Source: Podarcis gaigeae
Taxonomy: Eukaryota
Length of the DNA stretch: 64,000 nt
Direction: 5' to 3' (one strand)
NCBI GenBank assembly: GCA_964106915.2
Contig: OZ066914.1
In this document: positions 37,395 through 50,228 of the stretch, piece by piece
Layout of the letters: each line of letters starts with the position of its first letter
How positions within the stretch are numbered: the first letter of the stretch is position 1
The notes under the pieces: model-generated
What the model was told of the DNA's origin: nothing
Seen by the model: only the letters and a program-made list of their open reading frames with translations
Database searches by the model: none
Made by a program: the position numbers and the translations under genes

Positions 37395-38695
37395 CCATGA
37401 ATTCTACCCGCGCTTCCTCCGCGCGAGTTGTGGAGGCAGGAATTAAACACAGGGGCTCCGTTCTCCCGCCTTCTGACAAGGAGCGACACCTATTTCTTTG
37501 CTTGTTATGTAACGGCCCCGTTTTTCTTCTGCCCTTTCCTCACACGCACATTTTTATTTTAGATTTTACAAGCTTTTTTTCCCGGGAAGCGGGGACAACA
37601 TACACACACGCACATCATACAAAGCACCTCGGATTGCTCAGTTCACATGGCCCAAATGGCACTTAGCTCGTATATATCCGAAAATCCACTCCCAAATCCA
37701 CCACTTACCAAGTTACCCAGCATCACCTCTTGCCCTCGAAAGCTTTTTTATTATTCTGTCAAAGGCCCACAGCGTTCCACCGTTAATGCTACTGTTAGGA
37801 GTCCTGCCCCACATTTCAGAGTACAAGATTTCCTAGGTATTGCGCTTTAGGAACAAGCTTCTGTTCCCCCTCCCAGTCTATTTTTTCTGTGAATTTCATG
37901 ATCTTACCCTAAACCACACACATGCCAGGCATAACATCCTTTTGTTTCCTGTATTGAAATGTTGCTAAATTATATGGTTTATTTTTAATATCAATAGCAC
38001 AACACAGAGAACTGCTGGTAATAAATCAAGCCTTGGAATGGAAAGAACACCCTTTTACTACCACACATTAGAGGAAAAACAATAAAGCAAGATCACCACG
38101 CTTTGGTTTCTGAAAAAGAGCCAATTTATTTTCTCACCATTTATAAAAATGAAAGTACAAAAGGGGAATCTAACAAGTCAATGAGAGTACATTTGCTCAG
38201 GCTGAATACTGCAAAGCCAAACCATAGTCTTTATGCCTTGTCACACTGTCAGAGGTACTAGTGAAGGCAGGAATCCTTTTCTGTCACAGGGGAGCTTAGG
38301 GCAAGAAAATATTCTCAAGGAGGAAAATGCAGCATTGCTACTCAGTGGGAGTTGTCAGCCAAATCTGTTTGGCACTTCAGATCGTTCCTCAGTAAGGCTG
38401 CAGCCAAATCCAGAGTGCAGTTTGCTGAACTGAAAGGAGGATTGTGGAGTGCTTGGAGACTGAGAAGCATACTGTAGCAAGCAGGGTATCCACAAAAGAG
38501 CAGTTCCATTGATGGGTAGCCTAATGTGCATGAATGTAGGAAAGGGATGAAGTCATTTGACCACAGGAGATTTAGAACTTGACTGTAGGAGACAAATTGT
38601 AGTGGGAGGAGGGGAACTTGCTGCAAGATATTGGTAAAATCTCTGTGGACATTCTAGCAAGCTGGCCTCTGCTCCAAATAATCCAGAAGCAGCTG

Positions 38696-41600
38696 TCAAC
38701 TGTGTGCTTGTGCAAACTCTTTCCGTAGCCAAAGAGAGTCCTGGTAGAAACGGGGATCTCCCAAGTGCACAGCCGTCCTCTTATAGAAGTAGTAGTACAG
38801 CACAGCCACTGCAACCAATCAGAAATAAGTCACAAGCCAGCAAGGTCAACACCTGTATCAACTTTACTAATTTTCTTACATTCAACTTCACCATTATCCC
38901 CCTAGCTGCACTCCCCCTGCTCCCTGTCCCATCTACTTTCTGTGGGGAAGCACAGATAGAACCAGCCTCATTGATAAATTTTAAAGCTTTGCTCAGAAGT
39001 CACGACACAGGGGAAAAATGAAACAGCCTCGTACCCATTCTCTGGAAAACAAAAAGAGTCTGCAGCCCATCTGTCCACACAAAATAGTTGGAATTTTTCC
39101 AGCGAAGGTTCTGTGGGAAAGAAATGTATGAAACATTAAAGGCAGGAAATAGACTGTTCCTCCCAGAACAACACAAAACAATACCAACCATCCTTTCAGA
39201 CTTTCTTCAGTGCCCCATCTTTCTCCAAAATTCCTTCGGAAACATGGCTCCCATTTTCCTACTCCCAATAATTATTTATATATTTGGGAAGCAGTAACAT
39301 TCCTAACTCCTTCTCTTGAAAGTTCAGAGATTACTACAATCTCAAATAAACATTCTAGAAACTATGCAACAATCCAGGACAATTAAGAAGGCCTGTGATA
39401 TCCCATTGGTGTGTCCCCTTCCTACATCCCACTCAAGAAAGCTTCCACATTTTTTCCAAGTATAGTAAACCAGGACTTATGCAATTGTATCTATAAAATT
39501 ATTTTCACAGATAAAATAAAAACCAAAAGTTGATCCACATTAAAATTAGACACAATAGTTGTTGAGCTTGTTGGAAAAAAAGAGTAATGATGTTAGTTCC
39601 ACTACTAGAGAGTTTCCAAAACTCATGTTCCCAGTCATAATAGGCTAGTCCAAGTCTTTCTTAACAGTTAAGCAACCAGACACCACATGGAATGGATGCC
39701 AGCACTAGGAGCAGCTCACGGAGCAAAGAAAGGTTAATCGGATCAGCAGATTTATACAGAACAACCAGACCTATTCTAGCTCTCAACAACTGATCACAGA
39801 AAATCCTCTTAAATCCTCCTGCCTCACCAAGCAAGGTTTAGGAAAGCAGTAGTATCCAACTTTCAAGCTAGATTGCTTCATCTAACTTCAAAGATGAGAT
39901 ATTAATTCCCTAAATATCAGATGACAAGATACTGGGACTTAACTACCATGTGTACCATTTTGTCCAGTGTATTCTAGGCAGGTTTACCATTTACAAATAA
40001 TGGCATGCAATCTTAAAAGAAAGAGTAAAAAAAGAGATGGGGAATGAAAAGGAAAATAGGCACACTAAATTATTCGAACTGGAAATGAGGTGAGATTGAA
40101 ATAAATCTATTGTTAGCCTCCGTAAAGCCCTCACTCATCTAAAAAGAGCCAAAGAAATCCATAGGGAGGTACTAGACTATTGAGGCTGTAGATATGAGAA
40201 GGTTTTTGCCTTCAGTGCAGTGAATTCATATCATTGCAAGCACTGCTTTGGAATTTAAACATTCTAAGAAGCCAAGGGTGCTCTACCACGAACGTTTGTG
40301 ACTCTTTGGCAATATAGCCCATCATCAGTGGTAAGTCATTGCATGTCAATGACACCTGTTCATTGTAGTTGTTTGCTCCACTGAACAAAACTTGGACTGA
40401 ATTGAAATATGTATCCTTCAGTTAGGCAGCTGGATAGCAAGACACACGAAGAACCAGGAATAAGGACCTCGTTTTAAAATCCAACATCTGTTGATATTTG
40501 AAAAGTAAATCACACAGATCATTGCCTATTGCGACAACAGCAAAAATGCTGAATGCTTACAATGGATCAGGGTGTCAAACAGAAAATACAGTTTGATCAA
40601 CCAAATATACTTCCTGGCCACTGTTCCAAGACAACTTCTGCACAGCTTCCTGACGCTTCCAAATACCCTGGAAACCTACAAATCTTTTGTCCCAAATGCT
40701 TCTGTCCTCCTTCCCTTTAATTACCCAAATTACAGTGACCTCTGTTAAACTTCACAAATCTGTCCAGGAAAAAAGGTGAATGATATAACAGTTATTAAAG
40801 CTCAAGATATGTGATATAGGACAAATGCCCAGGCACACTGCCTAGAAGGACAAGACAAACCTAGGAGATAACTACAGAACCGAGCAAATAGAGCCAGAAC
40901 AAGAATATATTGCTCATTCTATGAGATTTCAATGATCCAATGGGCTCACCCCAATCAAATAATAGCATAGCAAGATTCAATGGAATAATGGGCTGTGAGC
41001 AATGCTGCAGCCAAGAAACTTACTTATACAGCCAATGATCAATAAATTAGAGAGGCCACCTTTATACAATATTACAAAATAGTAGTAAGCATATGACATT
41101 TCAACTAGACTTCACTAGGACTACACTAATGCCAGTACTGAGCAAATTAGTGAGTTACATTCCAATACTCCATTTGTGTCCATAGCTGCAGCTGCAAATC
41201 AGCATGGTAGTCATGTAGTCATGACAAAACTGCAGATAAAGTTTGGAAGTCTGTTATAAGAAACAAAAGATAAATTTTCTTGTTGGTTCTTTTGAAAAAG
41301 ACATCAGCCTTCCTTATTGTTGGGATTGTTTGTTTTTGCTTCTTAAAATAAGAAAGAGTTAAAAGATTAAGAAGAAATTCTGCTACAAGCATATTGAGCA
41401 GTGTAAAGGGATACAAAGTCTATACAGTGGTACCTCGGGTTAAGTACTTAATTCATTCCGGAAGTTTGTTCTTAACCTGAAATTGTTCTTAACCTGAAGC
41501 ACCACTTTAGCTAATGGGGCCTCCTGCTGCTGCCGCGCCGCTGGAGCACGATTTCTGTTCTCATCCTGAAGCAAAGTTCTTAACCTGAGGTACTATTTCT

Positions 41601-44600
41601 GGGTTAGCAGAGTCTGTAACCTGAAGCGTATGTAACGTGAAGCGTATGTAACCTGAGGTACCACTGTACATTACATTGAAAAGATGTGAAGACAGCATGA
41701 AGGTGAAATGTTCTGGTGCATTAAGCAACAATAGAAACCAGGAAATTGGGCGGTGGGGGGGATCTGAAGGAGGAGCTGTTGCCTACACAGCTTCCAAATC
41801 ATAAGAAGTGCCAGTAAACCAAGTCAAGCAAATGGTAATAACCACTCAACTTACACATAATCACATGTACACAACAAGCTTGTCCTCAGTAAAAACCATA
41901 AGAGGGCAACTGTGATGCAGGATGCAATACATTAACTTAGGGTGCTTTGTGTGATTTGCTATCACATGAATACAGTATTAACAAAACGTACAATAGACCA
42001 CTTAAATGACAGCTTAGGCAATTATTGCAAGGCCAATCATTTTTCATGGATCTCAGACACAGATATCTAAAAAGAATAAATTAATGTGAGCAGAAGTCAG
42101 TGTAATAAGATGTCCAAAGAAAACAAGAATAATGGAGCACACTGTAAATGATGCTCATCAAGAACAAAAGAAAAGTGTGCTTGTTCAAAAAGATCTTAGA
42201 AAAAGAAGTGATTGGTATGTATGCAAGAAGTCCAGGGTGTGATGGTGAAGAACAAAGGACAGCTGAGAAAAACAGAACTGCCCAAAGGGGAAAACAAACA
42301 CTGGTCAAAGAAGACTGTAAGGCCTCCTGTATCCAGCTAACCATCTCAATAGGAAATTCTAGCTGTATACTGACAAGATTCTGAAAGGTTGAAAGGTGAA
42401 TTAGCATGCCAAGCCACAATAATATATTGCATTATAACAGCTGCAACAGCTAGGACCCCTTCCAGTTTATCCTGTTTCATCAGACGAGCTTTTAAATGTC
42501 TTAAATAAAGGCAGCCCTCTTTAGGGAAGTTTTTAACGTCTAATGCTGTATTGTTTTTAATATTCAGTTGGAAGCCGCCCAGAGTGGCTGGGGAAACCCA
42601 ACCAGATGGGCGGGGTATAAATAATAAATTATTATTATTATTATTAAATACTATTTGGTTTATCTAATCCAACTCCTTCCCAGGTCTTTATTCCTGGGAA
42701 CTCCTCAGCCAATTCAATGAGGCAGCTACTGTTCTACAAATTCTGCACACATTATTTATCACACAGAAGTTGGTACAAAAACCTGAGCTTCTTTTAAAAA
42801 TATAACAGGTGTTGAAACAAATTTGGAAATCCACAGGTGGTGTTTGCAAGGGATTCCTAGGGTTCAATAGAGAGCACTTCTATCTCTTCCACAGCTACCT
42901 GTCCTAACCTAACCTGTTAGTTTCTTCTATTCATCCCTGCTCTTGCACAACATTTCTTCCATTTACCATACTGCTTTTTTGTTACATCCAGACCTCCATA
43001 TTTAAAAACTACACAGTGCTAAACCTGGGGGGAGCATAAAATAAAGTTTGTTTCAACGTGTGTTTTCTTTGCTTGCACAATTACTCCTATATTCAGAATT
43101 TGGGCTTCCTTGATAACCAGTATAAGCAATCCTCTCCTGCCTTACCATGACCCAGATGTGGAAGGATATGCTCAAACCAAGGTATGTTGCTGACAAGACA
43201 ATGGTCCCTTTAAATTTCTGGAACAGAAGATTAACCAGGCCAGCCTGGAAGACGAAGGTATTGAAGAACATGAGGAAGATGATGATGACATTGAAGAGGA
43301 TGGCAATATCCTGAATGCTGTAAGACAGGCAAACATTTTAATGAGACAGAGATTGATAGATACCTTATACACAGAGGTGTACCTAGGTTCCCTTGCATCC
43401 TTGGCAAGGAGCTATATATCATCACACACACATCCTGGTCCCTTGCACAATTGCATTTCTCCACCAAAGCACCCACAGGAGCCTGCATGCTTTGCCCAGC
43501 CACCCATAATATTGAAAGAGCGGCCCGGCCCAGGGAGCACACGAACAGGCGAGCAAGTTCCTAGCCACTCCAAGCCAGAGTGGAGAGGCACAATTTTTGT
43601 GCACACACTCCAGGCCTGCACCCTTCGCAGGGGCTCACCTAACCAACTCCTAGGTATGCCCCTGCTTGTGGCTCTCCAAATACTACTGGACACCAGCTCC
43701 CCACCACCACCCATGGTCAGAGATAATGGGAGTTGTGGTCCAGCAACTTTTGGAGGGCCACAACAAAAAGCACATTAACATAGCTGCAGAAATTTTCACT
43801 GTCCATGCTGCCAACTGAGACATTAGTCCACCAATTGCAGAGGAAAGGGAACCCCGAAACCCTTGTTAGAAGATTACAATGGAAATAATACCTGCTGCAG
43901 CTACCTCTATTTCCCCCCTGCTTATCACTCATTCTCATAATCTGGGGGTAGAACTTTATGTAATGGCAATTGAGCTAATAGCTGCTAATACCCACAGAGA
44001 AAATATAGAATGAATGGATTATAATAGCACCACCCTTTTAAAAATATCATTCAACAAAATATAGCCTATTAACTGCCGATGTTTCAGGAGTAGGGAAAGA
44101 ATAATAATTTTCTTGGTATCTTTTATTCTACTTCATTGCTCCATTCGTCTCTTCTCTGGCACTCTCTTCTTTCCATTTTCCTGAATGAGAGTGTCCCAAG
44201 AAGAGTAGAAACAAACAGAAAGGGCATTCCTGTGCATGTTTACTCAAAAAAGTTCCACTGTGTTCAATGTGGCAAATTCTCTGTAATCCTAAGCACATTT
44301 ACTATGGATCAAGTCCTCTTGTATACATAAAGGCTTAAGCTGCAATTCTATGCACACTTACACAACAGTAAGCATGACTGAAAACAATGGGACTTCCTTC
44401 AGAGTCCACATAATATATAAGATTGCACTGGTGCTCCTGAGTAGACATACTAACCATCTCTTCTCTATTCCAAATCACTTACCGTACTCAAGCACTAGTC
44501 TACAGTTCTATCCAAGGACCTGACGAGTAACCACATTTTTGATCCCTACAGCTTATTTAAGAGCTCATAGCACTGTTGAGCAACTTTTCAGAGACAAATG

Positions 44601-44788
44601 TATACAAGCCCTTTTAAAAAAACAGACAGTGACAAGTATCCACTGTTGTGCCATACTCACATGAAAAGCACAAGCTGGATGACGGGCGCCATGCGCAGCA
44701 GCTCTGAGAAGGAGTTGACAAAGAGGTCATAGAACAGCAGTAGGAACTGCAAGGAAAGCACCAGGCTATAGTTGCTGGTTTGGAGCAT
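38696..44788 (-). CDS. TMEM138: Transmembrane protein 138 (ciliary), 162 aa
   Basis: Exons 44661..44788 ([31 protein letters not shown]...), 43146..43317 ([37 protein letters not shown]...), 39035..39110 ([25 protein letters not shown]) and 38696..38808 ([37 protein letters not shown]); total 489 nt. Poly(A) signal on the minus strand at 38125..38130. Confidence 0.97.
41425..41666. mobile_element. Tc1/mariner-pogo-type MITE (copy 1 of a family)
   Basis: TIR CAGTGGTACCTC...GAGGTACCACTG with TA target duplication; internal GTTCTTAACCTGA repeats. Confidence 0.85.
42500..42646 (+). mobile_element. LINE 3' end with (ATT)n tail (L2/CR1-clade)
   Basis: GCCGCCCAGAGTGGCTGGGGAAACCCAACCAGATGGGCGGGGTATAAATAATAAATTATTATT. 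A near-identical copy lies at about 56870..56975, and reverse-strand relatives at about 35455..35500 and 56275..56335. Confidence 0.65.
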
Positions 44789-45483
44789 CTTCCTTGCCTC
44801 AGTGTCTGCATCCCAGATGAGAGGGACACCTCATGCTCACACAACAGACGGATACAAACTTTTTCCTCCAGCACAATCACTCATAGCTCCCTTTGGGCAG
44901 AGACCTGAAACCTGCAGAAACACCAGGTGGGGGAAAGAGGGAGAATAAGGTGAACAACACTTGCAATAATAGCGGGGAGGGGAAGGGCATCACCAATCTG
45001 GAGCATACCACACACAATCTAGCACTAGAGAGCAAAGATAAACCAGTCAGAAATACAAACAATGAATAAGAATCCCTTTGTTGAAGTAAGACTGGTTGCA
45101 CCGTTAACTGCTATTGCCTAACACTGTTCTTAACACTTTCCCGTGAACTAAGAACTTTACTCTTGCTGCCCCTCCGCGGCTTTTCTCCTATTTCTACACA
45201 GGGGGAAGCAAGGCACGAGGGTGGGTGGCGAGGGCTGACTGGCCACAGCCACCTCCAAGGGGCTGGAAAAGGCGCTTTTTCTTCCTGGGCAACACGGATG
45301 CAAGCGCCACAGACCTCATCTCCTTGGTCATCAAGATTTCGATCCGGGTACACGCGATCTCGTTCTGTGGGCTCCCAAGCGCCCTCGACCTCACACTCCC
45401 CGTGTTAAGTAACGGGGCACGACAGGTCGCGAAAGACAGGCCCGTCGCTGCTCCAGCTCGCGCTCTTTGCTCCCGGCCCTTAC

Positions 45484-45660
45484 CTGGCGCGGCAGTTGCC
45501 CGTTCCCATGGAGACGGCGCAGCCACTCAGGGGAGCGTAGGAGGCAGCCTGGACGGAAGCTGCCGCGCTTGCGGTCACGGTCACAGAGTTGTAAATGACA
45601 GAGCGGACGGAGAATCGCGTTGCCCAGATAGGAAACTTCCGCCCTGCCTCTGGAAGCCAT
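45484..45660 (-). promoter_or_regulatory. TMEM138: TMEM138 non-coding first exon and CpG promoter with RFX X-box
   Basis: Donor CAG|GTAAGG with the exon ending at 45484. X-box GTTCCCATGGAGAC at 45502..45515, ETS motifs at about 45554 and 45636, CpG-rich. Exon 2 acceptor at 44911. Confidence 0.65.
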
Positions 45661-46692
45661 TTATAAAGTCTTCCACGGGGCGAAAGTGGATGCATCTGGA
45701 AGAAACCCGTGATTCTACAGCGGCTTAGAGGGGACTACTTTTTTGCTGCTTGGTTGTTTTTTTTAAAAAAATATCTATTAAAGCATGGCCCAGCACACTC
45801 GGATCACATTTCACCATCTTCTAAATTGTGTGTGTCGGGGTTTGTGGCTTGGAGAGCTGCTTAAAACAGCCCTGCAAGGACACTATTAATGGTGCAGGTC
45901 AGAAGTAGCACGAACGTTTGCATTTGCAGGTTACAGGAGTCTAGTTCATTTGCCTCTTCATACCACCCTCATCCACTAAACTCCGTAGACTCCACGCTAC
46001 ACTCGCAAATGTTTACAAGGGTGTGCGCGCGCCTCTCACCTGATACAAGAACCCGAGTTAGAAAGATTGTAGACGCCTCTCTTTGCTGCTACTTTTTGTT
46101 CGTTATGTGGGCACCTGCTTCCCAACCATTGCTAAAGTAAAATCTTCAATTTCTCCTTTGATTTCTATGAGCAGCTGAAATTCCGCGTGCAGACGACGAC
46201 CGCTGACGCTCTTTTTCTCTATTTGTATGATACATGGCGCGGAGGGCGTGTTTTTTTGTTTTTGCCTTTATATACCCTTTGCCGCTGATCTGGCTTTTGA
46301 GCTTTTCTGGTGGGTTATTACCAATTCGGTGCGAAATAATGAATTCTCTTCCTTCCTTCGGTCTCCTTCAGCGCACTAAACTGGGACTTCCAGCAGCTGA
46401 GAGGCATTCCACCATTTGATGAAATCAGTCCGTGTTTATTGCCTCAATTTTTAAAAATGCAGACAGTCATTCCAGTGGAATCAGACCACCAGAAATCTAT
46501 TTTTGTTTTGATATCACAGCTACAGGAGCGAAATCCTGCAGCGCAATTTCAGCAGATTAAGGGGCACCTAACGCCGCTGCCAGTCTACAATAATAACTTA
46601 TTGGCGTGGAACAGGGAGTTATAGAAAAGGTTGCCAACCTGACAAAGCTCCTCCTTTGCCTTCAGCTCTTGCTGTGTGACACTCAAAACTTC

Positions 46693-47150
46693 GTCACGTG
46701 ACGCGTTTCCTATTAATACACCTGCATACATACCTACAGTATACCTATACCAGCTCAATTTGCTGGGCACTTAGGCATCCAGGAAGTCCCTCAACTCTTT
46801 GACGCAAGGGAAAACAGTAATGACGGGTGCACCTAGGTACACTGCAAAGGCAGAAGCAAACGAAGAAGCTTGTAAAGCTTCTTAAATGAGAACTTTCCCG
46901 GCTCGATTCCCCGCCGTGTTCATGCCCAGCAATATACTGTACAGTACTGTACAGATCTTGCTGAGAAAACTACATTTCCCAGAAACCCGTCGTGGCGTTG
47001 GCTGGGCAGTGCCATAAACTTCGTCTAGACTAGTCTGGAGTGCCTCCTGTCATGAGCAGAGACGATGGAGCTGAAGGGGACCTGGAGCTTTGGAACTACT
47101 TTTCCCGGCGCTCCCCGCGACTCAGGCGGAAGCGAGGTGTGAGCTGTTGC
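46693..47150 (+). promoter_or_regulatory. Probable CYB561A3 promoter (CLEAR/E-box and ZNF143-type motifs, CpG-rich)
   Basis: GTCACGTGAC at 46693..46702, ACTACATTTCCCAGAA at 46969..46984 and AACTACTTTTCCCGG near 47094. CpG-rich stretch at about 46980..47260, upstream of the first coding exon. Confidence 0.55.
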
Positions 47151-50100
47151 TTGTATTTCTCGGTTCTTTGGGTGCGTGGTCGCAGCTGGGTCGCGAAAGC
47201 AAACCCTCTTGCGGCTGTTCTTAGGCGCTTCCCTGCAAGGGGAGATCCCGCTACCCATTTATACGTTATGCTATCTAGCAAGTGTCACTTCCTTATTGTT
47301 CCTCATATGTGCTTTAATGGCGCGGTCAGGGGTGTGCACTGGGCAGCAGAACCCGCAGTGCTTGAAACTGCTTGCAAGTTGCTCTCTGGAACTGCTGTGG
47401 GTTCAGCTTCGCTCGACAGCCTGGATCCAATAGATGTTTCGTGTGCTAGTTGAACAGAGATGCGACCGGGGATCCTGCAGCCCTGCAGGTGCTTCTGGAC
47501 TCCAGCTCCCATCAGCCTCAGCCACAAGGGGGAGGTGGCCTGGGTGATGAGAGTTGTAGTCTATCAGTATCTGGAGAGCAGCAGGTGCCCTAGTTGTGCA
47601 AGGTAACTGTACTGTATGTTGCTTAGGAAGGCTGTTGCCGCAGCAAACCAATTTATCGCAGAGCACTGGACGTCACGGGACTTCGTGCTTTATTGTTAAC
47701 TTTATGAGGCTGGAGTTGGTTCCTTGTTCAGCACGCATGAGGGAGCAGGCTGAATATGGATCTGACGTTTGCACACTTCTGCGCCTTGCGATAAGCTGTC
47801 GGCAGCCGCGTTTCACTGCCAGCGTCACCCCGAGAGACTGCCAGCTATAAGTAGTGCCAGCTTAGCATTCTCTCCCATCCGAGGTTTGTTTTTGTTTTGC
47901 ATTGGCTGCCGTTATGTTCATGAAACCGAGAGACGGTGAAATTCAAGGCTAAAAGACGGGGTAGTTTGTCACAAGTTAAATCTGTTCACTAGTCGATGCC
48001 AGAAATTATTCTAATTTAATTATCGACCCACAAGTGCTTAAAGGAAAGCAAAAGCAGCAACCACCTGGTGCGATTTTCAAAAGGGGCTCTTTGGCATGGT
48101 AGTGCATCAGTGTTTATTAGTTCTTGTTACAGTGGCCATTTTCTGCTCTTCTCTTTGACCCCGCTTATACTTTGCAGTAAAGCTATAAGACTGTAAGTAA
48201 AAAGGTTGATCATAAAGATAAATGATTCTAGTCAGGTAGCTGGTCAAAACATGTTAGCAAAACCATATTTTGAATGAAACATTTCCAAAGTTGGCTGTAG
48301 TTTCTGTGTATTTCTTTTCTTATCTTACACCTACTTACCCTTGATGTTTACACTTCCTTTCCTAAGGGTGTTTTAATACTTTGTTCTAAATCTATTGATG
48401 GGGTTATTTTGTGTGTGTGTGTGTTGTTATGAATTTGTGGGGTGAGAGACACTCTAAATTCCTGGGTCCAATAAAAGTTAGAATTAATCAAGGACTGCCG
48501 AGCACTGAACCACTGGAATATTAATATTAACAACAACAACAATTCTATACCGCCCTTCATCCAAGGATCACAGGGTGGTTTAAAATATAAAAGCACCAAA
48601 AAGGCGGTCACAGCACAATGTGGGCTGACAGGTTGGATCCAGCGTGGCAGCAGTGGTAGAAACAGGGCCCTCCTGAACTGTAAAACTCCCCCATATAATT
48701 GTGGGAATTATAGTTTGTAAAGGGTGCTGTGAATTGTAGCTCGGTGAGAGGCAAACTACAATTCCCAAGCTTATTTTGAGGAAGCCATGAGCTTTGAATG
48801 TAAATGTATGGTATGGCTGTTACCCCAAACTGAACTGGCAACTTTAAACAATTTTTTTTGTGGGCTATGCCCCCACAGAAACCAAACAGGACACAGCTGC
48901 TCAGCAGCTTTCACTTTTGCATCAGCACATTTTCCTCTTGGTGTACGTGGTGAGTTAATGGCACAAAAGTTTCAGTAGAACTCTCCAATTCATGACAAGA
49001 TGCTAGTAGAAGTTGCCAGCCACCCAAACTGAGAGTCTGGCTGCAGTTAGACAAGAGACTTGTTTTTTTTATATAAAAAAAAGACCCTAGAGATTGTCAT
49101 TCACTTAACTTCCAGCCCACCTTTGCACTGTGAAGAGCAATGTTTCAGTCACTGCCATAGTCTTTTAATGCACACACTCTGCAAGCTTCTCACTTCTGTC
49201 TTGAAAGCAGAAGTTGGGATGATCTTGTGACCGTTGTCTTCCTCCAGGACCCAGTGGTTGCAGGTGCAGCATCTGTGCAGGGCTGCTGGGTTGCTAGAAA
49301 AAGTCTGTGGTTTGTACTTTTCACTGTGGGGACAGTTTGTAAATAAATTTGAAATCTAATGTGAGGCTATCTGTTTTCTTATGCAATTGACTGCAGTGAC
49401 CTTTATTTTTGGCTGAAACTCAGCTATGGCTCTTAGATCAAGTTGGATCCAGTAGTAGCCAATCTAATTTCACTTTATGAGTGCCAGTGTTGCTTACACA
49501 AAAGTTTGCCTTGGTTCACAGAAGAGCCTTGGATATCAGAATTGGACATAACACATGGTATCTGCTGCCTAACTAGATTTAACTAAATTGGAGTTGCATC
49601 CTGCCAGATCATATGATCAATTCAGTGTAGGTTTTGGTTCCTCATCAACAACTGTGGGACTGTTTTATTTCTCTGGAAACTTTCTCTTCAGTAACATTTG
49701 TACTCCTTTGGTTTTTCTGTGTGACTTGGCTTTGGGGAATATGGAATCATCAGTACCATTTACTTTCCGAAGGAAGTAATTGAGCCTCCTTTTTTTAGTG
49801 GACAGGGGCTGCAGACAGTAGATGCCCCTCCTGACACAGTTGGATATAGTCTGTGAGGTGTGGACAAGCTGCTGGTAACTGCCAACCCTGGCTTTTGAGA
49901 GAATAGTGGTTAGAATGTGAATTGCCTTAACCAGCCTGGGGAAATTCCAGATCTACCTTCCACTTAGCTGTGAAGTTTTGATGTTTCATGGTCTGTGGTG
50001 GACATACTATTGAAATCAGTTCCTCTGACCCAGCGTCTGAGACTCCACCCTATTTTGGGTTACAAAACTGTGACCGTGCTAAAACAGTTCTCTGCTGAAG

Positions 50101-50228
50101 GGAGGAAAGCAGAACTAGGTAGTAAGGAAAGGGAAGAGGCAAAAATCTTGCCAGAACCAGCAGGTGGTTGGATAGCTTTTACAGCTAGCTGGTCTCTTGC
50201 CTTCTCAGGTGTGCTCCCTGTGAACAGG

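Noticed and set aside
45225-45728. 167-aa ORF and other ORFs over the TMEM216, TMEM138 and CYB561A3 promoters
   Set aside because: GC-rich promoter artefacts with no family similarity that I can recognise.
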